A stretch of 61,116 nt of DNA from Elusimicrobiota bacterium (GTDB lineage: Bacteria; Elusimicrobiota; Endomicrobiia; Endomicrobiales; JAPLKN01): the NCBI GenBank assembly GCA_026388075.1, contig JAPLKN010000074.1, positions 1 to 61,116 on the forward strand, read 5' to 3'. The notes below the pieces were generated by a model, which ran no database searches, was not told the origin of the DNA, and saw only the letters and a program-made list of their open reading frames with translations. Positions 19,799 through 28,977 of the stretch are shown one piece after another. Position 1 is the first letter of the stretch. Each line of letters begins with the position of its first letter. The position numbers and the translations under genes are program-made.

Positions 19799-19827
19799 TT
19801 GACAAATTAAAGTTTTTGTATTATATT
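19799..19827 (+). promoter_or_regulatory. Sigma-70-type promoter for the TetR-efflux operon: TTGACA, 17-nt spacer, TATATT.
   Basis: TTGACA at 19799-19804, 17-nt spacer, TATATT at 19822-19827, about 58 nt upstream of the TetR ATG. Confidence 0.6.
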
Positions 19828-19828
19828 A

Positions 19829-19844
19829 TTAACGAAATCGTTAA
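19829..19844. promoter_or_regulatory. Candidate TetR operator: palindrome TTAACGA-aa-TCGTTAA immediately downstream of the -10 box.
   Basis: 7-bp perfect arms read directly. An extra half-site TCGTTAA lies at 19851-19857. The position is typical of autoregulated TetR operators. Confidence 0.5.
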
Positions 19845-19884
19845 ACCTTTTCGTTAAACTATTTAGTTAAAGAATGGAGAAATT

Positions 19885-20535
19885 ATGAATACTAAAGAAA
19901 AAATAGTTGCGGCCGCAATTGAAATTTTTGCTGAAAAAGGAAAATACGGTGCCACAATGGATGAAATTGCCAATAAAGCAAATATCAACAAAGCCATGCT
20001 TTATTACTTTTTCAATACCAAAGGAAATATCTATAACGAGGCGTTGTCATTTATACTGACAAATATCCACAAAAATAACTTTGCAAATCTTAAACAAAAA
20101 CTATTTAGAACTGAAAATCCTATAGAAATAATAAAACTTATTGTAAGAAATCATTTGAGAGCATTATCTTCAAATATGAATTTTACCAAAATTCTTATTG
20201 AAGCCATGGTTCACAATCCCCTTGAAATTACAAAAACCACCCAAAACATTAAAAACTTAAATTCACAAACAAGTGATGAAGCAGATTTAAGGAAAAGATT
20301 TCTTGAACTTTACGCAAAAGGTGTATCTAACGGCAAAGTAAGGGACATCGACCCCGACCAATTGATGATAAGTATTATGGGTATGATATTGATCTATTTT
20401 ATTTCCAAGCCTATTTCACAGCTGATGCTTAATATTGACGTAAAAAATGAAAAGTCATTCTTGAAGAAAAGAGAAGAAAGCATCATAGACCTTATTCTAA
20501 ATGGGATCTCTTTGGCAAAAGGCGGCTCAAAATGA
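19885..20535 (+). CDS. TetR/AcrR-family transcriptional regulator.
   Basis: N-terminal HTH signature KEKIVAAAIEIFAEKGKYGATMDEIANKANINKAMLYYFFNTKGNIY. GGAG lies 7 nt upstream of the ATG. It is the first gene of the efflux operon. Confidence 0.9.
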   Translation: MNTKEKIVAAAIEIFAEKGKYGATMDEIANKANINKAMLYYFFNTKGNIYNEALSFILTNIHKNNFANLKQKLFRTENPIEIIKLIVRNHLRALSSNMNFTKILIEAMVHNPLEITKTTQNIKNLNSQTSDEADLRKRFLELYAKGVSNGKVRDIDPDQLMISIMGMILIYFISKPISQLMLNIDVKNEKSFLKKREESIIDLILNGISLAKGGSK

Positions 20536-20603
20536 ATATATTAAATTTATTCTTTTATAATTTATATCGGCACTAACTATTAAAATTGTTAAGAGGTAAT
20601 ATT

Positions 20604-22121
20604 ATGATGAGTACAAGAAGATACATTCCAGTGTTGCTCATAGCCTTTCTGCTGGCTGGTTTACCTGTAACATTTGCTTTCTCTCAGGACATGCAACCCT
20701 CGAAGCCGGCGTCAGGTTTAACTTCCGCTGCAAACCCCGTTAGAAAAACCCCTTCGGGGTCAAATTTTAAAAATTTTGAAATGCATCGGAATCAGAAAGT
20801 TAATGAAGAAAATCCAGACAGTATGGTTGGTGATAGCCAACCTTTTTCTAACGGGGCAAAAGCCTGGACTATTGAGGATTGCCTGGCGCACGCCATGGAA
20901 AATAATCCTTCTGTTCGCTCCGCCCGCAACGGCTTAAAGATCGCATCCGGCAATAATTTGATGGCTTTATCGGAATTCATGCCGCGTGTATCATGGAGCA
21001 CTGTTTATATACGAAATGATAAAACGATGTTGGGAAGCCTCACTTCTATGCCCGGTTTCGACCTATCTATATTAAGCCCGGCTATATATTCCAATGAATA
21101 CTATGCATCCAGCCTGTCCGCTGACCTGACACTTTTTTCCTGGAGAATGAAACCTTTGCGCAATACGATGAAAGCTAATTCAAAACTTGCCAGACTGAAA
21201 CTCGCGTCGGCAGAAAATGATCTGACATTAAACGTCAAGAAGGCGTTTTATACAGCTCTTTATGCAAAACAATTATTGATTATTGCAAAGACTGCGGAGA
21301 ATGTGGCACGGGAAAATCTGGAGACATCGGAAAGCCTCTATAAGGTAGGAAGAGTCTCTTCTTTCGATGTTTCACGCGCCAGGGTCAACAGGATTAATGC
21401 CAAAACCGAGGTTATATCTGCCAAAAATTTTGAAACCGTATCCATTGAAGGACTTAGGATGGTGTTGAGCCTTCCGGCAGGTGAAGAGATGGATATCAAA
21501 GGCGAATTTCCGCAAGATGCAAGGGATACTTCGCTTGAGAACGAGATCAGCGCGGCTTTAAAACGCCGCCCTGAATTAAATATCGCAAAGGAAGCCGAAG
21601 CTCTGCAGGTTTCATCTAAGGAACTTGCGCGAGCCGGTTTTTTACCAACCGTTTTTGCGGGATTTGCTTATTCATGGGAAGGCCTCGATCTTACAGCGGA
21701 TATGGATAAATATTACACGAGTTGGACGGCAAAGGCAGGTATTTTGATCCCTATTTTTGACGGGTTATTTTCAATAGGCCGTTTTCGGGCTCAAAAGGCA
21801 GGACTTGAACAAGCCAGAGAACAAGTGCAGGGAGCTTCAGACGGGGTTATAATGGAAGTCCGTCAGTCCTATTATTCCCTTGTTAATGCAAGAGAAAGTC
21901 TCCAGGCCCAGAAAGAAAATGTAGAAACTGCAGCTGAAAACCTGAAGATAGCCCAGGAACGTTATAAAACGGGACTTCTGTCTTTGCTTGAGTTGAAAGA
22001 TGCGGAGTTATCGCTCATAGGAGCCAGCACCCAGCGTATAAAAGTGCTTTATGACTATAATATATCCATGACTTCGCTTGACAGGGCGGTTGGTTTACCT
22101 TCTGATGGAGAGCGCCCCTAG
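20604..22121 (+). CDS. TolC-family outer-membrane efflux protein.
   Basis: Signal peptide RRYIPVLLIAFLLAGLPVTFAFSQ. Two OEP-type coiled repeats (..LTLNVKKAFYTALYAKQLL.., ..VRQSYYSLVNARESLQAQKENVETAAENLKIAQERYKTGL..). The track start at 20586 is TTG. The ATG at 20604 has AAGAGG 7 nt upstream. Confidence 0.85.
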   Translation: MMSTRRYIPVLLIAFLLAGLPVTFAFSQDMQPSKPASGLTSAANPVRKTPSGSNFKNFEMHRNQKVNEENPDSMVGDSQPFSNGAKAWTIEDCLAHAMENNPSVRSARNGLKIASGNNLMALSEFMPRVSWSTVYIRNDKTMLGSLTSMPGFDLSILSPAIYSNEYYASSLSADLTLFSWRMKPLRNTMKANSKLARLKLASAENDLTLNVKKAFYTALYAKQLLIIAKTAENVARENLETSESLYKVGRVSSFDVSRARVNRINAKTEVISAKNFETVSIEGLRMVLSLPAGEEMDIKGEFPQDARDTSLENEISAALKRRPELNIAKEAEALQVSSKELARAGFLPTVFAGFAYSWEGLDLTADMDKYYTSWTAKAGILIPIFDGLFSIGRFRAQKAGLEQAREQVQGASDGVIMEVRQSYYSLVNARESLQAQKENVETAAENLKIAQERYKTGLLSLLELKDAELSLIGASTQRIKVLYDYNISMTSLDRAVGLPSDGERP

Positions 22122-22170
22122 TCGGATATAAATGGTGGTGTCAAAAGAAAGATAAATAAGAATAGGAAAA

Positions 22171-22316
22171 CAATTTCAAAAATCAAGAATCAAAACTGTT
22201 GTGTCTGCCAAGGCAGACTGATTCCAATAAGTCGCCAAAGGCGACACCTAAATTTTTCCGCCCAAGGCGGATCTGCCTAGGGCACGAGATTTTTAATCTT
22301 TGATATTTGATTTAAT
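22171..22316. repeat. Intercistronic structured element D1, consisting of heptad-periodic arms around three GC mini-hairpins.
   Basis: Left arm has CAA at 22177/22184/22191. Hairpins are GTCTGCC-aa-GGCAGAC (22203-22218), GTCGCC-aaa-GGCGAC (22231-22245) and TCCGCC-caa-GGCGGA (22257-22271). Right arm has TTA/TTG/TTG at 22293/22300/22307, which is CAA-N4 on the other strand. Confidence 0.8.
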
Positions 22317-22333
22317 AAGCCGAGGAGGATTCA

Positions 22334-23236
22334 ATGAGTGTAAAGAAAAAAATATTTTACGGGATACTGGTGTTGATGGCAGCTATATTGCTGCTCAAAA
22401 TAGCGCCGCGCTTTTTTTCCGAAGGAAAGAACGGCAAGAAAAGTATTGAGGCTGTGCCCGTAACCGTAGCAGAAGTAAAAAAGGTTTTAATTGAGGAAGA
22501 AATGCAGTTGACAGGAGATGTCCGCGGCTTAAACGAGGCCAGGCTTTACCCGAAAGTTCCGGGAAGGCTCCTACGCAAAATAAAAGATGCGGGCGATATA
22601 GTGAAAAAGGATGAAGTTGTGGCATTAATAGACCGCGACGAGCCTGGTTTAAAATTTAAGGCGGCAGAAGTTACTTCCTCTCTTGGCGGAGTTCTTACCA
22701 GATATTTTCTTGACCTCGGGCAAAATGTTAATGCGGCTACCCCGGTTTGCGAAGTGGCGGTAATTTCCCCTATAAAAATTATGGTGCGTATTACGGAAAG
22801 GGATTTTCCGCGTGTGCACATAGGAATGACGGCACGTTTTACCTGCGACCCTTATCCGGGCGAAACTTTTAATGGCCGCGTTACCAAGATGTCAAATGCT
22901 ATGGATGAAGCAACAAGATCTGCCGACGTGGAAATAGATGCGGCTAATCCCGGCAATAAACTTAAACCTGGGATGTTCGCCAATGTAAGCATTATAATCA
23001 GCTCAAAGCCGAATGCTCTTGCTATACCCAGGGATGCCCTTGCCGCTACCGGAGAAACGAAATATGTTTTCGTCGTGGATTCTTCGGGTAAGGCCAGGAA
23101 AAAGAATATTAAAATAGGAATTATCAGGGAAACTGATGCTGAAGTATTGAGCGGCCTTTCAGAAGGTGAAAAGGTGGTAACCCTAGGCTGGTACAATCTA
23201 ACCGATGGGGCTTCGGTGAGCGTGGTGGAGAAGTAA
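22334..23236 (+). CDS. Efflux RND periplasmic adaptor subunit (MFP/HlyD family).
   Basis: N-terminal anchor followed by lipoyl/beta-barrel motifs (VRGLNEARLYPKVPGRLLRKIKDAGDIVKKDEVVALID.., ..KPGMFANVSII..). GAGGAGG SD. Lies between the TolC and RND genes. Confidence 0.85.
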   Translation: MSVKKKIFYGILVLMAAILLLKIAPRFFSEGKNGKKSIEAVPVTVAEVKKVLIEEEMQLTGDVRGLNEARLYPKVPGRLLRKIKDAGDIVKKDEVVALIDRDEPGLKFKAAEVTSSLGGVLTRYFLDLGQNVNAATPVCEVAVISPIKIMVRITERDFPRVHIGMTARFTCDPYPGETFNGRVTKMSNAMDEATRSADVEIDAANPGNKLKPGMFANVSIIISSKPNALAIPRDALAATGETKYVFVVDSSGKARKKNIKIGIIRETDAEVLSGLSEGEKVVTLGWYNLTDGASVSVVEK

Positions 23237-23248
23237 TATTTGCAGTAA

Positions 23249-23392
23249 ATTAAAAATCAAAGATGAAATTTCAAAATTAAGGTATCCCACAAAACGGGAT
23301 TTGCTTAAATAAGTCCCCCCTGCTTTGTTTGCACAAAGCAAACAAGGGGGGACACTAAAATTTTGATTCTTGATATTTAACTTTTGAATTTT
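23249..23392. repeat. Intercistronic structured element D2, consisting of heptad-periodic arms around a long GC hairpin.
   Basis: Left arm has TAA/CAA/GAA/CAA/AAG at 23251/58/65/72/79. Hairpin GTCCCCCC(tgct)TTGTTTGC-acaaa-GCAAACAAGGGGGGAC spans 23313-23353. Right arm has TTG/TTG/TTA/TTG at 23363/70/77/84. The string TTTTGATTCTTGAT is the reverse complement of ATCAAGAATCAAAA in D1. Confidence 0.8.
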
Positions 23393-23446
23393 TTCTTTAG
23401 TGAAGGCTGCTTTTAACATTATGGCTAGAAAAATGAGAGGAATACT

Positions 23447-26400
23447 ATGAAGCATAAAACAGTTAAGATATTGGCTTTGCCGAAATTCGCGGTGGAGCAC
23501 CCGGTCGCCATAGCCATGCTGTATACCGGGCTTTTGGTTTTGGCTATCTCGGCATTTTTCAGAATGGGTTTGGACCTGTTCCCGGATGTGAGTTATCCGG
23601 TCATGAGCATTATCACAACCTATCAGGGTGCCGGTACCGAAGAGGTGGAAGAAAAAATAACCAAGATGATAGAATCTCAGACCGCTATCGTAAGGCATCT
23701 TAAGGAAGTAACTTCAATTTCAAGGGAAGGTCTCTCGGTAGTCATGCTTCAGTTTGAATGGGGCACGAACCTGGATAATTCAGCCAACGATGTCCGCGAC
23801 CGTCTGGGTGTTATAAGAAGACAGCTACCTACGGGGGCGGAAGACCCGGTTATCATGCGCATAGATATGAAAGATATCCCGATACTTATCATGGGAGTAA
23901 CCTCGAGCGAATCCTATTCCAAAATTTACAACATACTGGATACGGATGTCTCCAATATGATCAAGCGCGTGCCCGGCGTAGGCAATGTCATGGTGATGGG
24001 CGGCCGGGCAAGGCAGATAAACATTGACGTGGACAGGCGGCGTCTGGAAGCTTACGGCATAACCCTTTCTGATGTCAGGCGTGCGGTTGCCGCCAACAAT
24101 ATTATGCAGGCAGCAGGCAATATCCAAATAGGAATTACAGATTATATGCTGCGCGTGCCAGGAGAGTTTAATTCTCCGCAGGAGATAGCAGATTCAGTCG
24201 TTGGCATTTCCCGCGGCCAGGCCATAAAAATAAAGGATGTAGCTGATGTCCGCGACAGTCATCCTCAGGAAACGTCAAAAGTGATGTTCAACGGAGAACC
24301 GGGTGCCGTGATAATGGTGCAGAAGCGAAGTGAAGCCAACAGCATCGCCGTGGCAGACGGAGTGAAGAAAGCACTGCCTGAGATACATAAGCGTATCCCG
24401 AAAGATATAAAAATATCGCCGCTTATGGATACTTCTCAAGAAATCAGGCGTACACTTGGCAGCCTTTCAGAAACGCTTTATGTGGCTGGTTTTCTTATCC
24501 TTGGCGTAATACTTTTCTTTTTAAGAAGGGTGCGGCCTGCCGCTATAGTGTTTACCTCAATACCGATATCGCTTTTAGATTCTTTCCTCGTACAGTATCT
24601 GGCCGGATATACTATAAATATGATCTCGCTATTGGCTCTGACAATAGCCATCGGCCTGGTGGTGGACGATGCCCTGGTTGTTATGGAAAACCAGATACGC
24701 CGTCAGGAAGAATTGGGCGAAGACTCTAAAACTGCGGCCGTTAATGCAACCTCTGAGGTGGGCAGAGCGGTTACCGTGGCAACCTTTACCTCTTGCGTAG
24801 TTTTTCTTCCGATGCTGTTTGCAGGAGGCATGGCAGGTGTAATGTTCAAGCCTTTATCTATAGTTATTATAGTAACATTGCTCTTATCTCTTTTTGATTC
24901 GCTTACATTGAACCCTATGTTATCTTCGCTTTTTCTAAGAGCTGAGTCCCAAACCCGGGAAGGGAGATTTAGCCGGGTCTTTCACCATTTTGATAAAGCT
25001 TTCTCTGCTTTGGAAAATAAGTATAAAAGCCTTATATCATGGGTGCTGGAAAATCCCAAAAAGCTTGTGGCCGCTTCGGCTTCAATTTTTTTGGCAAGCC
25101 TTTTGATAGTTCCGTTCATTTCTTCGGAGTTCATGCCTGAGGAGGACGAAGGCCGGTTGCAGGTTACACTTGAACTTCCGGTCGGTACCCGAGTTGAAAC
25201 CACGCATAAAGTTATGGAAAAGACTGAAGAAGCGTTCAGGGCAATTATCCCGCCCGAATGGATAAAGGGCATGTTCTGGAGAGACGGCACCAATCCTCAA
25301 AGCAGTATGGGCGCGGCAATGGGCCAGAAACAGGGATCCAATGTAGGAATGTTTGCGGCAATGTTGGTGAGCAAAGACAAGCGTAAACTTAGCGTGTCCC
25401 AGATCAATAACAAGCTCCGCGAGAAGGTTTCAAAGATACCCGGTGTTACAAGAATGACATTCTCCACCGGCGGCATGACCGCAAACCTTATGAGTTCTAC
25501 CAAACCGATGGTTCTAAATATCTTTGGCTATGACCTTGAAGCTTCTTACGCGCTCGCTGAAAGAATAAAGAACATGATGGAGAAAGAAATAAAAGGTTTC
25601 AAAGATGTTACCATCTCGCTTGATATTACGCGGCCTGAGTATCACGTAGTTATTGACCGCGCTAAAGCAGGGGCTCTCGGCATACCTGTTCAGACAATAG
25701 CCGATACAGTGAGCCTCGCCTTCAGCCAGCAGAGAAGCGGAGTATACCGCGAAATGGGCAGCGAGTACGATATAACGATACGTCTGCGCGATGAAGACCG
25801 CAAGTCCGAGCCTGATCTGGAAAATCTTTTTGTAAGAACTAACGCGGGTGATACGGTAAGTCTTTCAAACCTCGCACGGTTTGAGAAAAAACCCGGCCCC
25901 CTTCAGATAGACCGCGAGGCTCAGCAGCGTATAATCAGAGTTGAGGCAAATATAGAAGGCAATGATCTCGGCGGTATGACCGCGAAACTTGAGAAACGCC
26001 TCGCCCTGATACCTTTGCCGGCCGGGATCTCGCTGAGTATGGGCGGCTCGGTAAAAGAGCAGAGGGAATCCTTTTTGTCACTGCTTTTCGCGCTGCTGAT
26101 CGGAATAATGCTTGTGTATATGGTAATGGCGGCACAGTTTGGATCACTGATTATACCGCTTATCATTATGTTTTCACTGCCGTTCGGTTTTGTGGGTGCC
26201 ATCTGGGTATTTGTGCTCACGGGCTATAGTTTGAGCATAACTACATTTATCGGCGTTATAATGATGGTCGGGCTTGTGGTAAAACAGGCAGTAGTCTACC
26301 TGGATTATGCGTTGCAATTAGTTGATGATAAATGGAACATTAAAGAAGCATTAAAAGAAGCCGGAAGAGTAAGGCTTCGCCCGATATTAATGACGGTAAG

Positions 26401-26596
26401 CGCCATGGTGTTTGGTTTTACGCCTATGGCTCTTTCCACCAAGCAGGGTTCCGAATTCTGGCAGCCTTTGGGACTTACGATCATAGGCGGGCTTGTTGTT
26501 TCAACGCTTGTAACCCTGGTGCTTATCCCGGCGGCTTACTACCTCATTTTCCGCAACCGGCAAGCTGCACCGACTGCAGAACCGCAACTAAAATGA
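23447..26596 (+). CDS. RND efflux permease (AcrB/HAE family), 1,049 aa.
   Basis: Length, 12-TM layout and typical N-terminus (..FAVEHPVAIAMLYTGLLVLAISAFFRMGLDLFPDVSYPVMSIITTYQGAGTEEVEEKITK..). Conserved TM4-like VVDDALVVMEN. Confidence 0.92.
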   Translation: MKHKTVKILALPKFAVEHPVAIAMLYTGLLVLAISAFFRMGLDLFPDVSYPVMSIITTYQGAGTEEVEEKITKMIESQTAIVRHLKEVTSISREGLSVVMLQFEWGTNLDNSANDVRDRLGVIRRQLPTGAEDPVIMRIDMKDIPILIMGVTSSESYSKIYNILDTDVSNMIKRVPGVGNVMVMGGRARQINIDVDRRRLEAYGITLSDVRRAVAANNIMQAAGNIQIGITDYMLRVPGEFNSPQEIADSVVGISRGQAIKIKDVADVRDSHPQETSKVMFNGEPGAVIMVQKRSEANSIAVADGVKKALPEIHKRIPKDIKISPLMDTSQEIRRTLGSLSETLYVAGFLILGVILFFLRRVRPAAIVFTSIPISLLDSFLVQYLAGYTINMISLLALTIAIGLVVDDALVVMENQIRRQEELGEDSKTAAVNATSEVGRAVTVATFTSCVVFLPMLFAGGMAGVMFKPLSIVIIVTLLLSLFDSLTLNPMLSSLFLRAESQTREGRFSRVFHHFDKAFSALENKYKSLISWVLENPKKLVAASASIFLASLLIVPFISSEFMPEEDEGRLQVTLELPVGTRVETTHKVMEKTEEAFRAIIPPEWIKGMFWRDGTNPQSSMGAAMGQKQGSNVGMFAAMLVSKDKRKLSVSQINNKLREKVSKIPGVTRMTFSTGGMTANLMSSTKPMVLNIFGYDLEASYALAERIKNMMEKEIKGFKDVTISLDITRPEYHVVIDRAKAGALGIPVQTIADTVSLAFSQQRSGVYREMGSEYDITIRLRDEDRKSEPDLENLFVRTNAGDTVSLSNLARFEKKPGPLQIDREAQQRIIRVEANIEGNDLGGMTAKLEKRLALIPLPAGISLSMGGSVKEQRESFLSLLFALLIGIMLVYMVMAAQFGSLIIPLIIMFSLPFGFVGAIWVFVLTGYSLSITTFIGVIMMVGLVVKQAVVYLDYALQLVDDKWNIKEALKEAGRVRLRPILMTVSAMVFGFTPMALSTKQGSEFWQPLGLTIIGGLVVSTLVTLVLIPAAYYLIFRNRQAAPTAEPQLK

Positions 26597-26628
26597 TTAA
26601 CTAAAATAGTTTTTTTTAAGCGGTACCA

Positions 26629-26750
26629 AATAATTCGGGGACACGTACTTAATTATTTATATAAATCTTTAGCTTACTTTAGACTTGTTACGTTTCCACC
26701 TCGTAGGTGGAAACGGTGCAAAATAATTAAGTACGTGTCCCCGAATTATT
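26629..26750. repeat. Family B element with perfect 30-bp inverted arms (AATAATTCGGGGACACGTACTTAATTATTT) and a 62-bp loop that contains a nested 9-bp hairpin.
   Basis: 26629-26658 is the exact reverse complement of 26721-26750. The inner hairpin GTTTCCACC-tcgta-GGTGGAAAC spans 26692-26714. It sits between the convergent RND and rlmD genes, and arm 2 supplies the last 7 codons plus the stop of rlmD. Confidence 0.9.
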
Positions 26751-28076
26751 AAGAGATACAACCATCTCAACATGGTAAGTCTGCGGAAACATATCTACGG
26801 GAATAATTTTTTCTATTTTAAATTTATTCCCTTCAATAAGCAAATTAAGATCTCTTGCTAAAGTAGACGGATTGCATGAAACATATACGATTTTTTTAAA
26901 ATCCCCGGTTAATATAAATGAAATAACTTTTTGCGTCAAACCTGATCTTGGGGGATCAACAACGATAGAGTCATATTTTTGGGGATCGCATTCCTTTATC
27001 CATTTTTCTACCCGCATTGACATAAACGAACTGTTCACTATTTTATTTTTTTCTGCATTAATACTTGCATTTCTAATTGCTTCTTCGTTTCCGTCAACAC
27101 CCAAAACTTCACTTACATAAGGCGCAAGAATAATGGCAATTGTGCCTGTCCCGCAATAAAGATCTAAAACAGAATCTTTTTTGTCGGGATCAAAACAATC
27201 AATTACCTTATCGTAAAGTTTTTCACAAGCCGATGTGTTAGTCTGGAAAAAAGAAAACGGTGAAATTAAAAATGAATATAACCGGTTTTTAATTTTTAAT
27301 CTTTCCTCAATTTCATTTTTCCCGCTTAACAATATAGTCCTTTCAGACAAAACAGCGTCCGAAACCCCCGAGTTAATTGTCCAATAGAAACTGGTTATTT
27401 TATTTTTCAAACTCTGTACAAGTTCATAAAAAATACTTTCGGAAATATGATTATTTGAATTTGTAACTATGTTTACAAGAATTTCTCCGCTATTTTGAGC
27501 TTTTCTTAAAACTAAATGCCTGTAAAATCCGTTATGTGTTTTTTTGTTATACACAGTAAGTTTTGACTTGTTTGCAAAAGCAGTAATAGTTTCAGATAAA
27601 TCAAGAAAATCCTCGTCCGCTATATAGCACGGCGGAATAGACAGATACTTGTCAAATTCACCCTTTTGATGAAGGCCTAAAGATACGATTCCATCCTTGT
27701 CAAAAAAACTGAATTCCATTTTGTTCCTATACCCCCACTGATTTGGACTAGGCACAATAGGATGAATATCGGTTTTAAAAGGCGAAAGAAGTTCATTCAC
27801 GTATGTTTGTTTTATTTTCAGCTGATTTTCATAAGATGTATGCTGGAAACTGCATCCTCCGCATTTCCCAAACGAGGGACATTTAGACGAAATCCTAATA
27901 TCCGAAGATTTTATTATTTTTCCAATATATGCTTCTTTAAATGTTTTTTTATTTTTTGTAATTTTAACGTCCAATCTTTCTCCCGGGAGCCCGCCTTCAG
28001 TAAAAACAGCAATACCATCCCCCCCTCTTCCTAAAGATCTTCCGGGATATACAATTTTTTCTACAACTATTTCCAT
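26727..28076 (-). CDS. rlmD: 23S rRNA (uracil-C5)-methyltransferase, RumA/RlmD family (TRAM domain, 4Fe-4S site, SAM methyltransferase).
   Basis: TRAM-like N-terminus. Cys cluster CPSFGKCGGCSFQH. SAM motif VLDLYCGTGTIAI. VVDPPRSG. Catalytic VYVSCNPSTLARD. The track start at 28097 is TTG. The ATG at 28076 (MEIVVEK) follows AGGCGGGGA. Confidence 0.88.
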   Translation of the reverse strand: MEIVVEKIVYPGRSLGRGGDGIAVFTEGGLPGERLDVKITKNKKTFKEAYIGKIIKSSDIRISSKCPSFGKCGGCSFQHTSYENQLKIKQTYVNELLSPFKTDIHPIVPSPNQWGYRNKMEFSFFDKDGIVSLGLHQKGEFDKYLSIPPCYIADEDFLDLSETITAFANKSKLTVYNKKTHNGFYRHLVLRKAQNSGEILVNIVTNSNNHISESIFYELVQSLKNKITSFYWTINSGVSDAVLSERTILLSGKNEIEERLKIKNRLYSFLISPFSFFQTNTSACEKLYDKVIDCFDPDKKDSVLDLYCGTGTIAIILAPYVSEVLGVDGNEEAIRNASINAEKNKIVNSSFMSMRVEKWIKECDPQKYDSIVVDPPRSGLTQKVISFILTGDFKKIVYVSCNPSTLARDLNLLIEGNKFKIEKIIPVDMFPQTYHVEMVVSLNNSGTRT

Positions 28077-28098
28077 TTTAAATCCCCGCCTATACAAC

Positions 28099-28959
28099 CT
28101 ACGAGGTTGTATGGCCTTTTCTTAATCTGAAAAGAATTGACAGGTTCCTTTTGTCAGCCCTCAAAGAATCCTTTGGTGTCTCCAAAATCCCCGCCTCAAC
28201 TTCATTTTTTACTTTTTTTATCAAATATTTGAATCCTTCCAGCCCGATATGACCTTTTCCTAAATGGTGATGACGGTCTTTCTGGCTTCCTAAATGCGCC
28301 ATTGAATCGTTGAAATGAATTACCTTCATATATTTAAGTCCGATTATTGAATTAAATTTTTCAAGGATATCATTAATACATTCCTTATCGGATAAATCAT
28401 ACCCTGCGCCGAAGGCATGTGCTGTATCAAAACAAACTCCGATACGATTTCTATTTTTTATTCCTTTGATCATTTGAGAAATTTCAATAAAATCTTTTCC
28501 TATTCTCCTTCCTCCGCCGGCAACATTTTCTAAAAGGAGTATTGTTTTCCCTTTGACCTTATTAAGCACCTTATTTATTCCGTTTGTTATTCTTTTTATA
28601 CCATTTTCACGAGTTGCCCCTTCGGAATATGCTCCAGGATGAATAACTAAATAATCGGCTGCAATTTTTTCGCAAAACGATAAATCTTCTTCTAAAGAAT
28701 TTAGTGAAAGTTTGTATAGTTTAGACTTTGATGTTGCAAGATTTGGTAAATACGGGGTATGAACAACTAAAGGATAGATTTTTTTTACATTTCTTAAACT
28801 TTTAAATTCATCTATATCTTTTTGGGAAGAAAAACCGTGCTTCCACATCCTTGGGCTTCTTGTGAAAATCTGGACAGCCTCGCATCCGATTCTCTCTGCC
28901 TCAAATATTGCATTTTTCAGGCCGTTTCTTATAGAACAATGAACTCCAAAACGAATCAT
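28099..28959 (-). CDS. nfo: Endonuclease IV (AP endonuclease, xylose-isomerase-like TIM barrel).
   Basis: Nfo metal-ligand motifs: ..VVHTPYLPNLA.., ..VIHPG.., ..LLENVAGGG.., ..VCFDTAHAFGAGYD.., ..HFNDS..GSQKDRHHHLGKGHIG. Confidence 0.9.
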   Translation of the reverse strand: MIRFGVHCSIRNGLKNAIFEAERIGCEAVQIFTRSPRMWKHGFSSQKDIDEFKSLRNVKKIYPLVVHTPYLPNLATSKSKLYKLSLNSLEEDLSFCEKIAADYLVIHPGAYSEGATRENGIKRITNGINKVLNKVKGKTILLLENVAGGGRRIGKDFIEISQMIKGIKNRNRIGVCFDTAHAFGAGYDLSDKECINDILEKFNSIIGLKYMKVIHFNDSMAHLGSQKDRHHHLGKGHIGLEGFKYLIKKVKNEVEAGILETPKDSLRADKRNLSILFRLRKGHTTS

Positions 28960-28977
28960 TTTTGTATTTTTTTAGGA

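Noticed and set aside
19885-26596. Reading the TolC and MFP genes next to a giant protein with a C39-like domain as a type I secretion system for that protein.
   Set aside because: The inner-membrane component is a 12-TM RND permease, not an ABC exporter. The operon has its own TetR regulator, typical of drug efflux. The giant protein has an N-terminal signal anchor, implying the Sec route, rather than a C-terminal T1SS signal, which is in any case not visible in this window.
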